Shown: positions 18,956-28,561, numbered from the stretch's first letter. The stretch: 42,419 nt of DNA from Caldisericaceae bacterium (GCA_049967855.1 JBMFRX010000012.1:1-42419), one strand, 5' to 3'. Program-made: numbers and translations. The notes: generated from the sequence alone by a model not told the origin.

Positions 18956-20121
18956 ACCATTCAATTCTCAAAAACAAGAGTTTAATACTAATATTGCTTG
19001 TTACATCGTCGGCCGTTGCTGGAGTTTCTAGCATAGCACCTGCTTTACCCCAGATAGCTGCACATTTTAACATCAGTCCAGAGCAATCGGGCATGACACT
19101 TGCAATATTTGCAATTCCAGGAATATTCTTCTCAATGCTTTGGGGAATTCTCTCAGATAGAATAGGCAGAAAAACAACCTTGATAGTTTCTCTTTTTCTG
19201 TTTGGAATTGCTGGCACAATCAGCGCATTCGTCAATAGTTATAACCTTTTTCTCTTTTGGAGGCTACTACAGGGAATAGGCGCTTCATCGCTTTTTTCGC
19301 TAAATGTTATTGTAATTGGCGATTTGTTCACTGGCTCCGATAGGTCAAACGCAATGGGGTATAACGCATCTGTTACTGCAATTGCGCTTGCTTTGTTCCC
19401 GTTTCTAGGGGGCGTACTTGCCAAAGTAAGCTGGAATCTGCCGATACTTCTTCCATCATTTTCAATTGTCGTTGCCTTACTTGTAATTGGATATTTTCAA
19501 GAACCCTGCCTCATACACAAAGAGAATTTTTCGGATTACATATTTGAAATCATAAAATCTTTCCGTAATTGGCATATCATAGGAATCTTTGTTGGAACGT
19601 TTATCTACTTTTTTGTGCAGTACGGCGTATTTATGAACTATTTTCCATATCTTATGAAAGATAATTTCGGTTATTCTTCCTCAATAACTGGTTCAATAAT
19701 AGCTTTTTCATCAATCATCGCAGCATTTGTTGCATATTATGTTGGCTTCCTTGAAAAATACATAAATTTTAAAACTATCTATATCTTCTCTTTTCTAATT
19801 TACGGAATTTCCTTTTTTCTTATGCCAGTATCACAATCGCTCTATGTGCTTCTTAGTGGGATTGCCCTTTACGGAGTGGCACAGGGAGTAAATATGCCTT
19901 TGACGCCACTCTTAATTTCAGTTTACGCCCCCGAGGAACAGAGGGGGGCACTGATGTCGGCAAGTGGAGCTGTTCTTTCAATTGGAGAGGCAGTTGGACC
20001 TTTATTCTTCAGTTCTCTGTACCCTTTGGCAGGTTTTAAAATCATTTTTTTCGTCGGAACAATTTTCTCAATTTCTGTTATTGGAATAGTTTCTTATGCC
20101 TTTACAAGAAACCACAATTGA
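18952..20121 (+). CDS. MFS transporter (DHA1-like efflux)
   Basis: Motif A GILSDRIGRK, WRLLQGIG, about 12 TM segments; GTGA overlap with the tyrS stop. Confidence 0.88.
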   Translation: MNHSILKNKSLILILLVTSSAVAGVSSIAPALPQIAAHFNISPEQSGMTLAIFAIPGIFFSMLWGILSDRIGRKTTLIVSLFLFGIAGTISAFVNSYNLFLFWRLLQGIGASSLFSLNVIVIGDLFTGSDRSNAMGYNASVTAIALALFPFLGGVLAKVSWNLPILLPSFSIVVALLVIGYFQEPCLIHKENFSDYIFEIIKSFRNWHIIGIFVGTFIYFFVQYGVFMNYFPYLMKDNFGYSSSITGSIIAFSSIIAAFVAYYVGFLEKYINFKTIYIFSFLIYGISFFLMPVSQSLYVLLSGIALYGVAQGVNMPLTPLLISVYAPEEQRGALMSASGAVLSIGEAVGPLFFSSLYPLAGFKIIFFVGTIFSISVIGIVSYAFTRNHN

Positions 20122-20122
20122 A

Positions 20123-20980
20123 TTACTTTTGCCAGACATCTTTAAGTTCTCTGAGATGTTCATTGCAAGCTTTCTCTCCCTGAGCTATTATGAAATCTAT
20201 AAAAGAGAAATCCAAAACTTCGACATCAACGTCAACTCCAATTATTAAATCGCTCTTTGCAAGCTCTTGTTTATAGATTAAATCTTCCTGCAGCTCATAA
20301 ACTCTCAGTAATATTTCATATGCGTTCTTAAAATTGTCAACCTCTTTGAAAGTCTCAGATTTATTCACATCTACAACGACAACTCGGTCTGCCCCCATAG
20401 AGTAAGCAACATCGACAGGGGCATTGCTCAAGACGCCTCCATCAGTCAGGAGCATTCCATTGTAATCGTAAGGCTCAAAATATGGTGGAATGGCCATGCT
20501 TGAATAAATCGCTTTATACAATTTACCCTCATTAAAGACAATTCTTCTTCCAGTTCTTAAATCCACCGAGACGCATGCAAATGGGACACGCAAATCTTTA
20601 AAGGAAGCACCTTTTGTCATTTCTTTGAGGACTCCTCTAATTTTCCTTCCAGAATCAAAGCCCTTCTTGACAAAAAGAGAGGTCATTGCAATTTGCATCA
20701 TAACAGACCTCAGCATTTTATTTCTCTCAACAGCCTTAAGAGAAAGCCCATAAAGAGGAGATGCCTTATCAAGAACGTTGCTAAACGAAAATGTCTTCAG
20801 AAAATCTTCCATTTCAGACGGGGAATTGTTTGCAGCATAGAGTCCACCAATAATACTTCCCATAGATGCCCCAACTATAATGTCGGGAAAAAGCCCCTCT
20901 TTTTCAAGAACCTTAAGAACACCAATATGAGCAATTCCTCTTGCTCCACCACCTGAAAGCACCAGTCCAACCTTTTTCAT
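20123..20980 (-). CDS. Patatin-like phospholipase (RssA/NTE family)
   Basis: GGGARG, GASMG (GxSxG) and DGG motifs. ATG 20980 after AGGTGG. Confidence 0.92.
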   Translation of the reverse strand: MKKVGLVLSGGGARGIAHIGVLKVLEKEGLFPDIIVGASMGSIIGGLYAANNSPSEMEDFLKTFSFSNVLDKASPLYGLSLKAVERNKMLRSVMMQIAMTSLFVKKGFDSGRKIRGVLKEMTKGASFKDLRVPFACVSVDLRTGRRIVFNEGKLYKAIYSSMAIPPYFEPYDYNGMLLTDGGVLSNAPVDVAYSMGADRVVVVDVNKSETFKEVDNFKNAYEILLRVYELQEDLIYKQELAKSDLIIGVDVDVEVLDFSFIDFIIAQGEKACNEHLRELKDVWQK

Positions 20981-21145
20981 AAGCACCACCTTTTAGTGTA
21001 TTATATTCAAAGCTTAGGTTTTACGTAAGACTTTTCTTGTGCGATGCAATAAATAGATTTTCATTTAGCAAAGTACAATCTTAATTTCCTTAAAACAACA
21101 CAATATCCAACCAAGGTAAACTAACAAGAATTTTTGAATCTAATC

Positions 21146-22096
21146 TTAAAAAGAAATTCGTGAGGCTTCATCAAAATAACTAATAGCCTTAAACAACAGA
21201 GCTTTAAACTTATCAAGATTCAAATCAAGTGCAACATCTGCATTGGGTACTTTTCGGGTTACTCCGTAGAAGTCAACAACCGTCCTGCCACGAGTAAATT
21301 CGCCAAGGGTCTCGATATCAACATGCAATTTCTTCAAAGAAAGAATCGTCGGGTCTATAAGATAAGAGACAGCAAGCGCATCATGTAGAGGTGCCCCCTG
21401 GATTCCAAAAACATCTCTATTAGTATTTGCAAAGAATTTTATGAGCGGTGCAACAACACTGGAAACACGGCCATTTATCTTCTCAAGCTCATTGATATCT
21501 TCGAAGCTCAGGACAGCCCTATTGGTTACATCTAATCCAACCATAGTTATTGGGACTCCTGACTCAAAAACAATTTTAGCAGCCTCAGGGTCAACATAAA
21601 TATTGAACTCAGCTGAAGGAGTAATGTTTGAATCACGCATTGCACCGCCCATTAAAACAATCATCTCAATTTTATTCTTTATGAGTGGCTCCTTAATGAT
21701 GGCAACAGCGATATTCGTAAGAGGCCCTGTAGAAACAAGATAAACATTCTCTTTGGCTGACATTAGAGTCTGAATAATAAAGTCAACTGCGTGGATTTGA
21801 AGCGGTTCAACTGAAGGTTCAGGTAGAAGTGCTCCATCAAGCCCAGAAACTCCATGAATAGACGGTGCAATAACCAAATCTCTTAGAATAGGTTTTCCAA
21901 AGCCTTTTGCAACCTTCACTTCTCTCCTTCCAATCAGAGTAAGAATTTTCAATGCATTATTAAAAGTCTTTTCTCCAGTTTGGTTGCCAGCAACTGTTGT
22001 TATACCAAGCACATTCAAATCTGGCGAATAAAGGGCAAGCAGTATGGCAATCATATCATCATGTCCTGGGTCACAATCAAGCAAAATATTCTTCAT
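21146..22096 (-). CDS. Inosine-uridine preferring nucleoside hydrolase (Rih family)
   Basis: DCDPGHDD, GPLTN, AEFNIYVDPEAA, LHD. Confidence 0.94.
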   Translation of the reverse strand: MKNILLDCDPGHDDMIAILLALYSPDLNVLGITTVAGNQTGEKTFNNALKILTLIGRREVKVAKGFGKPILRDLVIAPSIHGVSGLDGALLPEPSVEPLQIHAVDFIIQTLMSAKENVYLVSTGPLTNIAVAIIKEPLIKNKIEMIVLMGGAMRDSNITPSAEFNIYVDPEAAKIVFESGVPITMVGLDVTNRAVLSFEDINELEKINGRVSSVVAPLIKFFANTNRDVFGIQGAPLHDALAVSYLIDPTILSLKKLHVDIETLGEFTRGRTVVDFYGVTRKVPNADVALDLNLDKFKALLFKAISYFDEASRISF

Positions 22097-22986
22097 TTTT
22101 TCTCCTTGGTGAATCTCATAATTTCATCGTAAGTTGGTGAAGAGGCTGCAGCTCCTTTCCTTGTTACAGATATTGCAGATGCAGCTACGGCAAACTTTAG
22201 CGCGTCTTTCAAATCGTACTCCATTGCCAGAGCCGCTGCAAAAGAACCGTTGAAAGCATCACCCGCGCCAGTGGTGTCAATAGCGTCAACAGAAAAAGCA
22301 TCAAGAGCAATTTGGGTATTACAATTGACCAATTTTACACCACTACTTCCGAGCTTAAGAATGACATTCTTTGCCCCAGCCTTTAAAAGCTCATCTGCGC
22401 TATTTGACTTTGTAAGTTTCTTGAGCTCAATTTCATTTGGCGTGACATAAGTTGCAAAAGGAACTACATCCAATAAGTCCTCACGGACAGGAGCAGGGTC
22501 AAAAATAACTTTTGCTCCAACTTCTTGCGATACTCTGCAAGCAGCAACAAGCGTTTCTTTAGGAATCTCGCCCTGGAGAAGTAAAATGTCGCTGCTATTA
22601 ATAGCCTGCTTCAAAAAATCGACTTCACTGTCCCCTACGAGACCATTTGCACCTTTTATAATTGTTATGTAATTCTCGCCTGATTCGTCGACGTTGATAA
22701 GGGCAACTCCTGTGGTAGAAGTCTTGTCAACAAAAAGGTGTGAATTCACTCCAAACGACCGCAATGAATCGAGCACAAAACGCCCAAAGAAATCATCTCC
22801 AACCCTTCCTATGAAAATTACTTCGGATCCTGCCTTTGATGCAGCGACAGCTTGATTTGCACCTTTCCCTCCCTGATTAATCAGGAACTCGTTACCAAAA
22901 ACGGTCTCTCCTTTCTCTGGAAGTTTATCCGAATACAAAACCAGGTCAACATTCACGCTTCCCAATACAATAACTTTCTTTCTCAT
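22093..22986 (-). CDS. rbsK: Ribokinase
   Basis: GSVNVD, GGKGANQAVA, PNEIE, DTTGAGDAF; coupled to the nucleoside hydrolase by an ATGA overlap. Confidence 0.93.
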   Translation of the reverse strand: MRKKVIVLGSVNVDLVLYSDKLPEKGETVFGNEFLINQGGKGANQAVAASKAGSEVIFIGRVGDDFFGRFVLDSLRSFGVNSHLFVDKTSTTGVALINVDESGENYITIIKGANGLVGDSEVDFLKQAINSSDILLLQGEIPKETLVAACRVSQEVGAKVIFDPAPVREDLLDVVPFATYVTPNEIELKKLTKSNSADELLKAGAKNVILKLGSSGVKLVNCNTQIALDAFSVDAIDTTGAGDAFNGSFAAALAMEYDLKDALKFAVAASAISVTRKGAAASSPTYDEIMRFTKEKK

Positions 22987-23257
22987 ATTTTATTTTAAGC
23001 AAAACTCACAGAAAACCCAACAGAGAAACTCAAAAACAAAATAACAAACATAAACCTGGCTCTGTTGACGATTAAAAGAACATATTTAAATGGAAATATC
23101 ACTAATGTTTTTCTGAGAAAAGACGCATTGTTTATCAACTGGCCACTATTTATAGCGTTTCAAAATGATTATTCAGTAAGCACAGATTCGGAGAACTTCC
23201 TCATTTGACAATCAAGAATAACAAAAATTGCCTAATACCATATAATATATAAGGAAG

Positions 23258-23770
23258 ATGAGCAACAGGAAACTACATAAAGCTTTTTTAGGTGTTGGTT
23301 CTAACATTGGAGACCGAAAAAGAAACATAGAAGAAGCCTTTCAAAGAATTGAAGCGGCTGGTATTAAAATAATCAAGAAGTCTGAGATTGTTGAAACAGA
23401 GCCTTATGGGTTGAAAGCACAACCAAATTTCTTAAATTGCGCTGTTGAGGTTGAAACAAATTTCAACCCAGGCGAATTGCTTGCTACACTTTTGTCAATA
23501 GAACTTGAGATGGGAAGAGTAAGAAAAATCCACTGGGGGCCAAGAATCATAGACCTTGACATTCTTTTCTTTGATGATTCAATCGTTGCAACCTCAAATC
23601 TTAAGATTCCTCACCCAGACTTACAAAACAGGCTTTTTGTTCTGGAGCCCTTATCACAGATAGCTCCTTATTACAAACATCCCGTAATAAACAAAACAGT
23701 GAAAGAAATGCTTGATGAGCTTAAGGGCAAAAATAGTAAGGGAAATAACCTTCAAGGAGACAGTAAATGA
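23258..23770 (+). CDS. folK: 2-amino-4-hydroxy-6-hydroxymethyldihydropteridine diphosphokinase
   Basis: GSNIG, FLN, WGPRIIDLDIL, IPHP, RLFVLEPL. Confidence 0.95.
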   Translation: MSNRKLHKAFLGVGSNIGDRKRNIEEAFQRIEAAGIKIIKKSEIVETEPYGLKAQPNFLNCAVEVETNFNPGELLATLLSIELEMGRVRKIHWGPRIIDLDILFFDDSIVATSNLKIPHPDLQNRLFVLEPLSQIAPYYKHPVINKTVKEMLDELKGKNSKGNNLQGDSK

Positions 23771-24531
23771 AAATTGCAACCTGGAACGTAAATTCAATTA
23801 GAGCAAGGATTGACATCCTCATGGAATTCATAAAAGAAAGTGATGTCGACATACTAGCAATCCAGGAAACAAAAACACCTGACGAGGCTTTCCCAAAAAA
23901 TATTTTTGATGAGTTAGGGTATGAGACAATCTATTCAGGGCAAAAGTCTTACAATGGTGTTGCTATTGCTTCAAAGATGAAGGTCGCGAATATAAAAAGA
24001 GATTTTATAGATACAAATAACGAAAAGAGAGTGCTTGAATTAGTCGTAAAGGGAATTACAATTATAAACAGTTACTTTCCTCGCGGTGGACTGAAAGGAG
24101 AAGAGAGTTTCTTCTATAAGCTTGAGTTTTATCAGAGGATGAAGAATTATCTTAAGCAGAAAATCTACGATGGAATCAAGCTGATTCTACTTGGTGATTT
24201 CAATGTGGCTCCTGAGGAAATAGACGTGTGGAACCCAGAACTTCTCAAAGGAACCGTTGGATTTATGAACGAAGAAAGGGAAATTTTTAGAGGTTTGCTC
24301 GATATAGGGCTATTTGACGCATTCAGGCAGAGCAATCCAAACGAAAAAGCTTTTTCCTGGTGGGATTACAGGGCAGGATCATTCAAGAAAAACCAGGGCA
24401 TGAGAATAGACCACATTCTCATTACCAAAGCCCTCTTGCCCCTGGTAAAAAGTTGTTACATCGACGTTCAGCCGCGCAAACTTAACACACCATCAGACCA
24501 TACCCCAGTGATAATAGAAATAGATATATAA
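23767..24531 (+). CDS. xth: Exodeoxyribonuclease III
   Basis: TWNVNSIRAR, QETK, YNGVAI, GDFNVAP, WWDYR, RIDH, SDHTP. Confidence 0.96.
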   Translation: MKIATWNVNSIRARIDILMEFIKESDVDILAIQETKTPDEAFPKNIFDELGYETIYSGQKSYNGVAIASKMKVANIKRDFIDTNNEKRVLELVVKGITIINSYFPRGGLKGEESFFYKLEFYQRMKNYLKQKIYDGIKLILLGDFNVAPEEIDVWNPELLKGTVGFMNEEREIFRGLLDIGLFDAFRQSNPNEKAFSWWDYRAGSFKKNQGMRIDHILITKALLPLVKSCYIDVQPRKLNTPSDHTPVIIEIDI

Positions 24532-24532
24532 A

Positions 24533-24570
24533 AAGTGGGGGATTTACTTTCCCCCCCACCCACTTCCTTT
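24533..24570. terminator. Probable terminator hairpin between convergent xth and the Mbx/MBS operon
   Basis: GGGGGA-TTTACTT-TCCCCC stem-loop with A-tract on the left (U-tract for the minus strand), between convergent stops. Confidence 0.65.
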
Positions 24571-24581
24571 ACGTAAAAATA

Positions 24582-25121
24582 TTAGTAACTTTTCTGGAAA
24601 ATACCGCTTATGAATGCTCCGCCAGAAACAGTAACCAATCCATAAACGTGAAGGTGTTGTTTCTTTTCAGGCATAACTTTTGTAACAGCAGCAGTTTCTA
24701 CTCCAGAACCATCTTTGCTCACAAAAACCTTATCTCCGACTTTCAAATTGGACGCCTTAATAAGGTGCTCTCCGTTATCAAAACTTATGATAATCTTGTG
24801 ACTTGCACTTACAACTGTTACTCTCTTACCAACCTCTATACGGATGAGGGGTTCATAGACCCTTCTTCTGATTATGGAAATTACTTTATCAAAGTTTTCA
24901 TATGAATTAACATACATCTCTTCGACGATGTCTTTAATCCAAATGTCCTCTTCCTTAGAAAGCATCCTCTCGGTGTTCTTTGCTATCAAAAAGAGATCTT
25001 TAACTTTAACAACGCCCACCTTATTAGAAAACCTTGCAAGAACAGTTTCCATATCTGAAAAGCCGTTGTAGAACCTATCTTGAATAGGCTCTCCAAAGTA
25101 AATCTTATCATTTAGCTCCAC
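24582..25121 (-). CDS. Stand-alone Hint/intein-like domain protein, catalytically degenerate; last gene of the Mbx/MBS operon
   Basis: Intein-like blocks in order: A (GFSDMETVLAR...VVKVKDLF), B (IRIEVGKRVTVVSASHKII), IKASNLKVGDKV, and F/G (VYGLVTVSGGAFISGIFQKS). GTG start with SD overlapping the upstream TAG. Fold call is by eye. Confidence 0.7.
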   Translation of the reverse strand: MELNDKIYFGEPIQDRFYNGFSDMETVLARFSNKVGVVKVKDLFLIAKNTERMLSKEEDIWIKDIVEEMYVNSYENFDKVISIIRRRVYEPLIRIEVGKRVTVVSASHKIIISFDNGEHLIKASNLKVGDKVFVSKDGSGVETAAVTKVMPEKKQHLHVYGLVTVSGGAFISGIFQKSY

Positions 25122-25130
25122 GATCCCCTC

Positions 25131-26984
25131 CTATTTGTTTCTTAACAACAGGTCAATTCCAATTGCAGCTCTGTGTCCGTTTGCAATCGCAGAAATTGCA
25201 TTGCCAAGTGAGGTTTCAACGAGGTCTCCGCTCGCAAAAACTCCTGCAAGTGATGTCTCGCCATAGTCATCAACGAAAATTCTTCTCCTTGGAGTATATT
25301 TCAAGTTCTTGGCAAGCTCTTCGGGAATGAAAGACAGATTCGTCATCTGCCCAACAGCTTCAATAACGAAATCCGCCTCAAGAACTTTGGTTTGGTCTTC
25401 AAAGAAGGTTGGGTTAAAGCGCCTGTTTTCATCAAACACTGATTTCACTTTCTTAATTTCAAGCCCAATAATCTTTCCGTTCTCGTCAAACTTCACCTCT
25501 TTCGGGCCCCAACCAGGATTAAAAATCACCCCTTCAGCAAGCGCACCTTCAACTTCTTCTTTTGATGCAGGAAGAATATCCCAATCCTCGAGGCTTGCCA
25601 TTTGCACCATTGTATCATTGCTATCAGGATAATTAATCTCCTGCAGTCTCTTAACTGTTCTTATTACATCCATTGCGACATTTCCACCACCAATTACTGC
25701 AACTTTCTTTGCGATATTACGCCTTCCTTCAACTTTCACCTGTCTCAGGAAATCAATTGCCTGAATTACATCAGGGTGGTCTTCTCCCTTAAGGTTTATA
25801 GCCCTACCAAAGGAAAGCCCAACGCTTATAAGGCAAGCTTGATATTTCTCCATAATATCATTAAAGGATATATCCTTTCCAACTTCGGTATTCAGTTTAA
25901 TTTCAACTCCAAGGGATTTAATATGGTCTACTTCCTTATCAATCTCGTACACAGGCAACCTGTACATAGGTATACCAAGACCAAGGGCGCCTCCAGGACG
26001 CTGTCCGCGTTCAAAAATGGTAACAGAATGCCCCATCAATGAAAGGTAATAAGCCGCAGAAAGGCCGCTTGGACCAGCTCCAATTATTGCGACATTCTTG
26101 CCGGTCTTTGGCAATTTTTCAGTGTCAGCAACAGAATAATTATTGAGAGCATCAGTTGCAAAGCGCTTTAGCCACATAATTTGCACAGCATCTCCTCGGT
26201 AATTATACACGCAATCATCCTGGCACTTGTGAGTACAGATGCGTCCGCAGATTCCTGGTAAAGCGTTGTCCTCAAACATATATTTAACAGAAAGAGAGTA
26301 GTCTCTATCAAAGATTGCTTGAATGTACTCAGGAATCTTCATATGTGCAGGGCACCCCTGCATACAGATGCCGCATCCCAGGCAGCGAGAAGCTTCAGCA
26401 TAGGCTTCTTGTTCGCTAAATCCTAGGACAAGCTCCTCGAATGTCTTTTTTCTAACATCGGGCTCAAGCTCTTGCATTTCCACTTTGTCAAGAAGAAGCG
26501 GAGTAATTTCATCACTTTGAGTAAAACCTATTTCTCTACCCTGCTCAACGGCAGGAACCCATACAAACGCATCGGCATCAGTCGATGAATAGATGAGGTC
26601 TTTAGAAAGTTTTAGAGAACCTGTCGGACACACATCAACACACAGTCCGCAGTAAGAACATCTTCCATAATCAATTTGTGGCCTTTTGTCTGTTGTTCCT
26701 TCCTTGGAAGCTACCAGATGGAAGGCTTTTGTATCAACCATAGTAATTGCTCCACAAGGGCATATGCTCATGCAATTGCCGCAACCTATACATTTGTCAA
26801 GGTCATTGATATGGAAGCCTCTATACCTTTCTGGGACTGGTTTTGTCTCTTTTGGATATTGAAGTGTATGCGGTTTCTTAAAGAGATACTTTGCAGAAGA
26901 CAAGGGAGAGATTAAGCTTCCATGTTCAAACTCTTTAACTTCGTCGTTAATATTAGGTGTATTATTATTCTCTTGTTTTTCCAT
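25131..26984 (-). CDS. Fusion of MbxN/NuoI-like 2[4Fe-4S] subunit and GltD/SudA/NfnL-like FAD/NAD(P)H oxidoreductase
   Basis: N-terminal TLQYP...RYRGFH, CIGCGNCMSICP and CSYCGLCVDVCP. Then EASRCLGC...CP, CGRIC...C...C, GAGPSG, GGGNVAMD and GVFASGD. Confidence 0.9.
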   Translation of the reverse strand: MEKQENNNTPNINDEVKEFEHGSLISPLSSAKYLFKKPHTLQYPKETKPVPERYRGFHINDLDKCIGCGNCMSICPCGAITMVDTKAFHLVASKEGTTDKRPQIDYGRCSYCGLCVDVCPTGSLKLSKDLIYSSTDADAFVWVPAVEQGREIGFTQSDEITPLLLDKVEMQELEPDVRKKTFEELVLGFSEQEAYAEASRCLGCGICMQGCPAHMKIPEYIQAIFDRDYSLSVKYMFEDNALPGICGRICTHKCQDDCVYNYRGDAVQIMWLKRFATDALNNYSVADTEKLPKTGKNVAIIGAGPSGLSAAYYLSLMGHSVTIFERGQRPGGALGLGIPMYRLPVYEIDKEVDHIKSLGVEIKLNTEVGKDISFNDIMEKYQACLISVGLSFGRAINLKGEDHPDVIQAIDFLRQVKVEGRRNIAKKVAVIGGGNVAMDVIRTVKRLQEINYPDSNDTMVQMASLEDWDILPASKEEVEGALAEGVIFNPGWGPKEVKFDENGKIIGLEIKKVKSVFDENRRFNPTFFEDQTKVLEADFVIEAVGQMTNLSFIPEELAKNLKYTPRRRIFVDDYGETSLAGVFASGDLVETSLGNAISAIANGHRAAIGIDLLLRNK

Positions 26985-26991
26985 TTTTCAC

Positions 26992-28092
26992 CTACCTATC
27001 AATTTCTGGGGGACATATATCAAGGCTTCCCAGTATTTGAGAAGCATCTGAAAGCTTTTGCCCGATTAAAAGTTTCTCTGCCATAGGATACATATGAGAC
27101 ATAGAGACGCCCCTGACAGAAACTCTGTAAGGCTTAGCTCCTCCGTCGCTTACAAAATAGAATCCATACTCACCTCTTGAAGATTCTACTCTTGCATAAG
27201 CATCTCCCTTAGGCACATACCACTTGAAGGGATTGGGCATTCTTGCCATTACAGGCCCTTTAGGCATTTTTTTCACTGCCTGCTCAATAAGATTGAGAGA
27301 CATCTCAAGTTCAAGCCTTCTGATAATAGTTCTCGCCCAGGCATCGCCTTCGGTCATTAGCGGAATATCAAAATCAAGGTAAGGGTAAGCGGCATATGGC
27401 TCATCTTTTCTAACATCCTGAGCAACTCCAACCGCTTTCAGGTTTGGACCCGTTATGCCCATTGAAAGAGCCTCTTCCCTTGTAATGGTTGCAACACCTT
27501 TTGACCTATGCAGGAACATAGAATTTTTGAAGAAAATTGCATCATAATCAGGCAACTTATCTTTTATGTATCTTACCCAGTCAAGGATTTCGCTTTCAAA
27601 GCCCTCAGGTAAGTCTCTCCTTACGCCTCCAGGCCAAATGAACATATGATATATCCTTGCCCCAGTAAGTTTTGCAAACAGGTCAACCATATAATCCCTA
27701 TCGCCTGTCATCCATTGGGATGGAGTATACAAACCAAGTGAAGCAGCAAAGCCACCAAGCCCAAGCAAGTATGCGTTTACTCTGGCTGCCTCAAGAATGA
27801 TAGTCCTTATAAACTTTGCTCTTTCAGGGATTTCAACCTGCATAAGTTCTTCGATTGCCATAGCGTATACAGCTTCATTGATGTCTGGCTCAGGCACGCA
27901 TATGCGAGGGATAAGAGCAAGATTTTGAAGATACAGCCTGTGCTCCATTAACTTCTCAAAAGCCCTGTGAAGGTAACCAGAATCTCCATTGGCTTTTACA
28001 ATAGTATCCCCCTCAAGCTCGAGGTGAAGAGAAAAATTCCCAGGAATGCCAGGGTGGTTTGGACCTATATTAAGCTCGTATTCTCTATTCAT
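26992..28092 (-). CDS. mbxL: Mbx/MBS subunit L (NuoD/hydrogenase large-subunit homolog, no NiFe site)
   Basis: NIGPNHP, GYLHRAFEKL, RICVPE, ESSRGE, DICPPEIDR; only one Cys left in each former CxxC. Start at MNREYEL (28092) after AGGAGG; the ORF track starts at 28215. Confidence 0.88.
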   Translation of the reverse strand: MNREYELNIGPNHPGIPGNFSLHLELEGDTIVKANGDSGYLHRAFEKLMEHRLYLQNLALIPRICVPEPDINEAVYAMAIEELMQVEIPERAKFIRTIILEAARVNAYLLGLGGFAASLGLYTPSQWMTGDRDYMVDLFAKLTGARIYHMFIWPGGVRRDLPEGFESEILDWVRYIKDKLPDYDAIFFKNSMFLHRSKGVATITREEALSMGITGPNLKAVGVAQDVRKDEPYAAYPYLDFDIPLMTEGDAWARTIIRRLELEMSLNLIEQAVKKMPKGPVMARMPNPFKWYVPKGDAYARVESSRGEYGFYFVSDGGAKPYRVSVRGVSMSHMYPMAEKLLIGQKLSDASQILGSLDICPPEIDR

Positions 28093-28561
28093 TGGTTTCC
28101 TCCTTGTGGCGTGCTTCATAATGCTCTGTTGCAAATTTAATGGAGTCAAAGTCTTTCCGCATTGGAGGGATATCCTGCCAATTCTCAAGAATAAAAGGCT
28201 TTCCTGAATCTTCATTTCCCCTTACTCTTATTCCGAACATTTCGGTAATCTCAACCTCATATTTGTGTGCATTTGGGTATAAATCTTCAACTGTCTCAAC
28301 TTCGGCGTTTTCTCGGGAAGTGCGTGCCTTTACTATGGCAACCACTTTGTCGAAGCTACTGTACAAAATATATACAACCTCAAACTGCTGCTCATCAATC
28401 CAATCCACAGCCGTTATTAGCGTGAGCTGGTTGAATCCAATAAGTTTCAAAGAGTGCAAAGTAGAAACAATATCAGCAGAATCAACCTTAATTTCGACTC
28501 TTTGCTCCCTTTTTACCTCAATTTTACCTTTTAATATCTCTCGTAATTTTTCTATCTCCAT
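28085..28561 (-). CDS. mbxK: Mbx/MBS subunit K (NuoC-like)
   Basis: ITAVDW, YEVEITEMFGI, PPMRKDF; operon position. Confidence 0.85.
   Translation of the reverse strand: MEIEKLREILKGKIEVKREQRVEIKVDSADIVSTLHSLKLIGFNQLTLITAVDWIDEQQFEVVYILYSSFDKVVAIVKARTSRENAEVETVEDLYPNAHKYEVEITEMFGIRVRGNEDSGKPFILENWQDIPPMRKDFDSIKFATEHYEARHKEETNE

Noticed and set aside
22987..23257. ncRNA/riboswitch or repeat array in the rbsK-folK intergenic region
   Set aside because: Only low-complexity A/C-rich runs; I found no convincing stem or regular repeat period.
24582..25121. Active intein, split intein or mobile homing element
   Set aside because: It lacks the N-terminal Cys/Ser, C-terminal His-Asn and +1 nucleophile, has no LAGLIDADG domain and no exteins, and the upstream gene ends with its own stop.
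25131..26984. Glutamate synthase small subunit (gltD)
   Set aside because: It is fused to a NuoI-like domain, embedded in the respiratory operon, and has no gltB neighbour.
26992..28092. [NiFe]-hydrogenase (Mbh/Ech) large subunit
   Set aside because: Both CxxC nickel-binding motifs are broken (RICVPE; DICPPEIDR), and no maturation genes are in the window.
28093..28215. N-terminal extensions from the ORF track (mbxL here; likewise rex 40185-40286 and GDPD 12167-12202)
   Set aside because: They overlap neighbouring genes or promoters. Downstream ATGs have good SDs and match the family N-termini.
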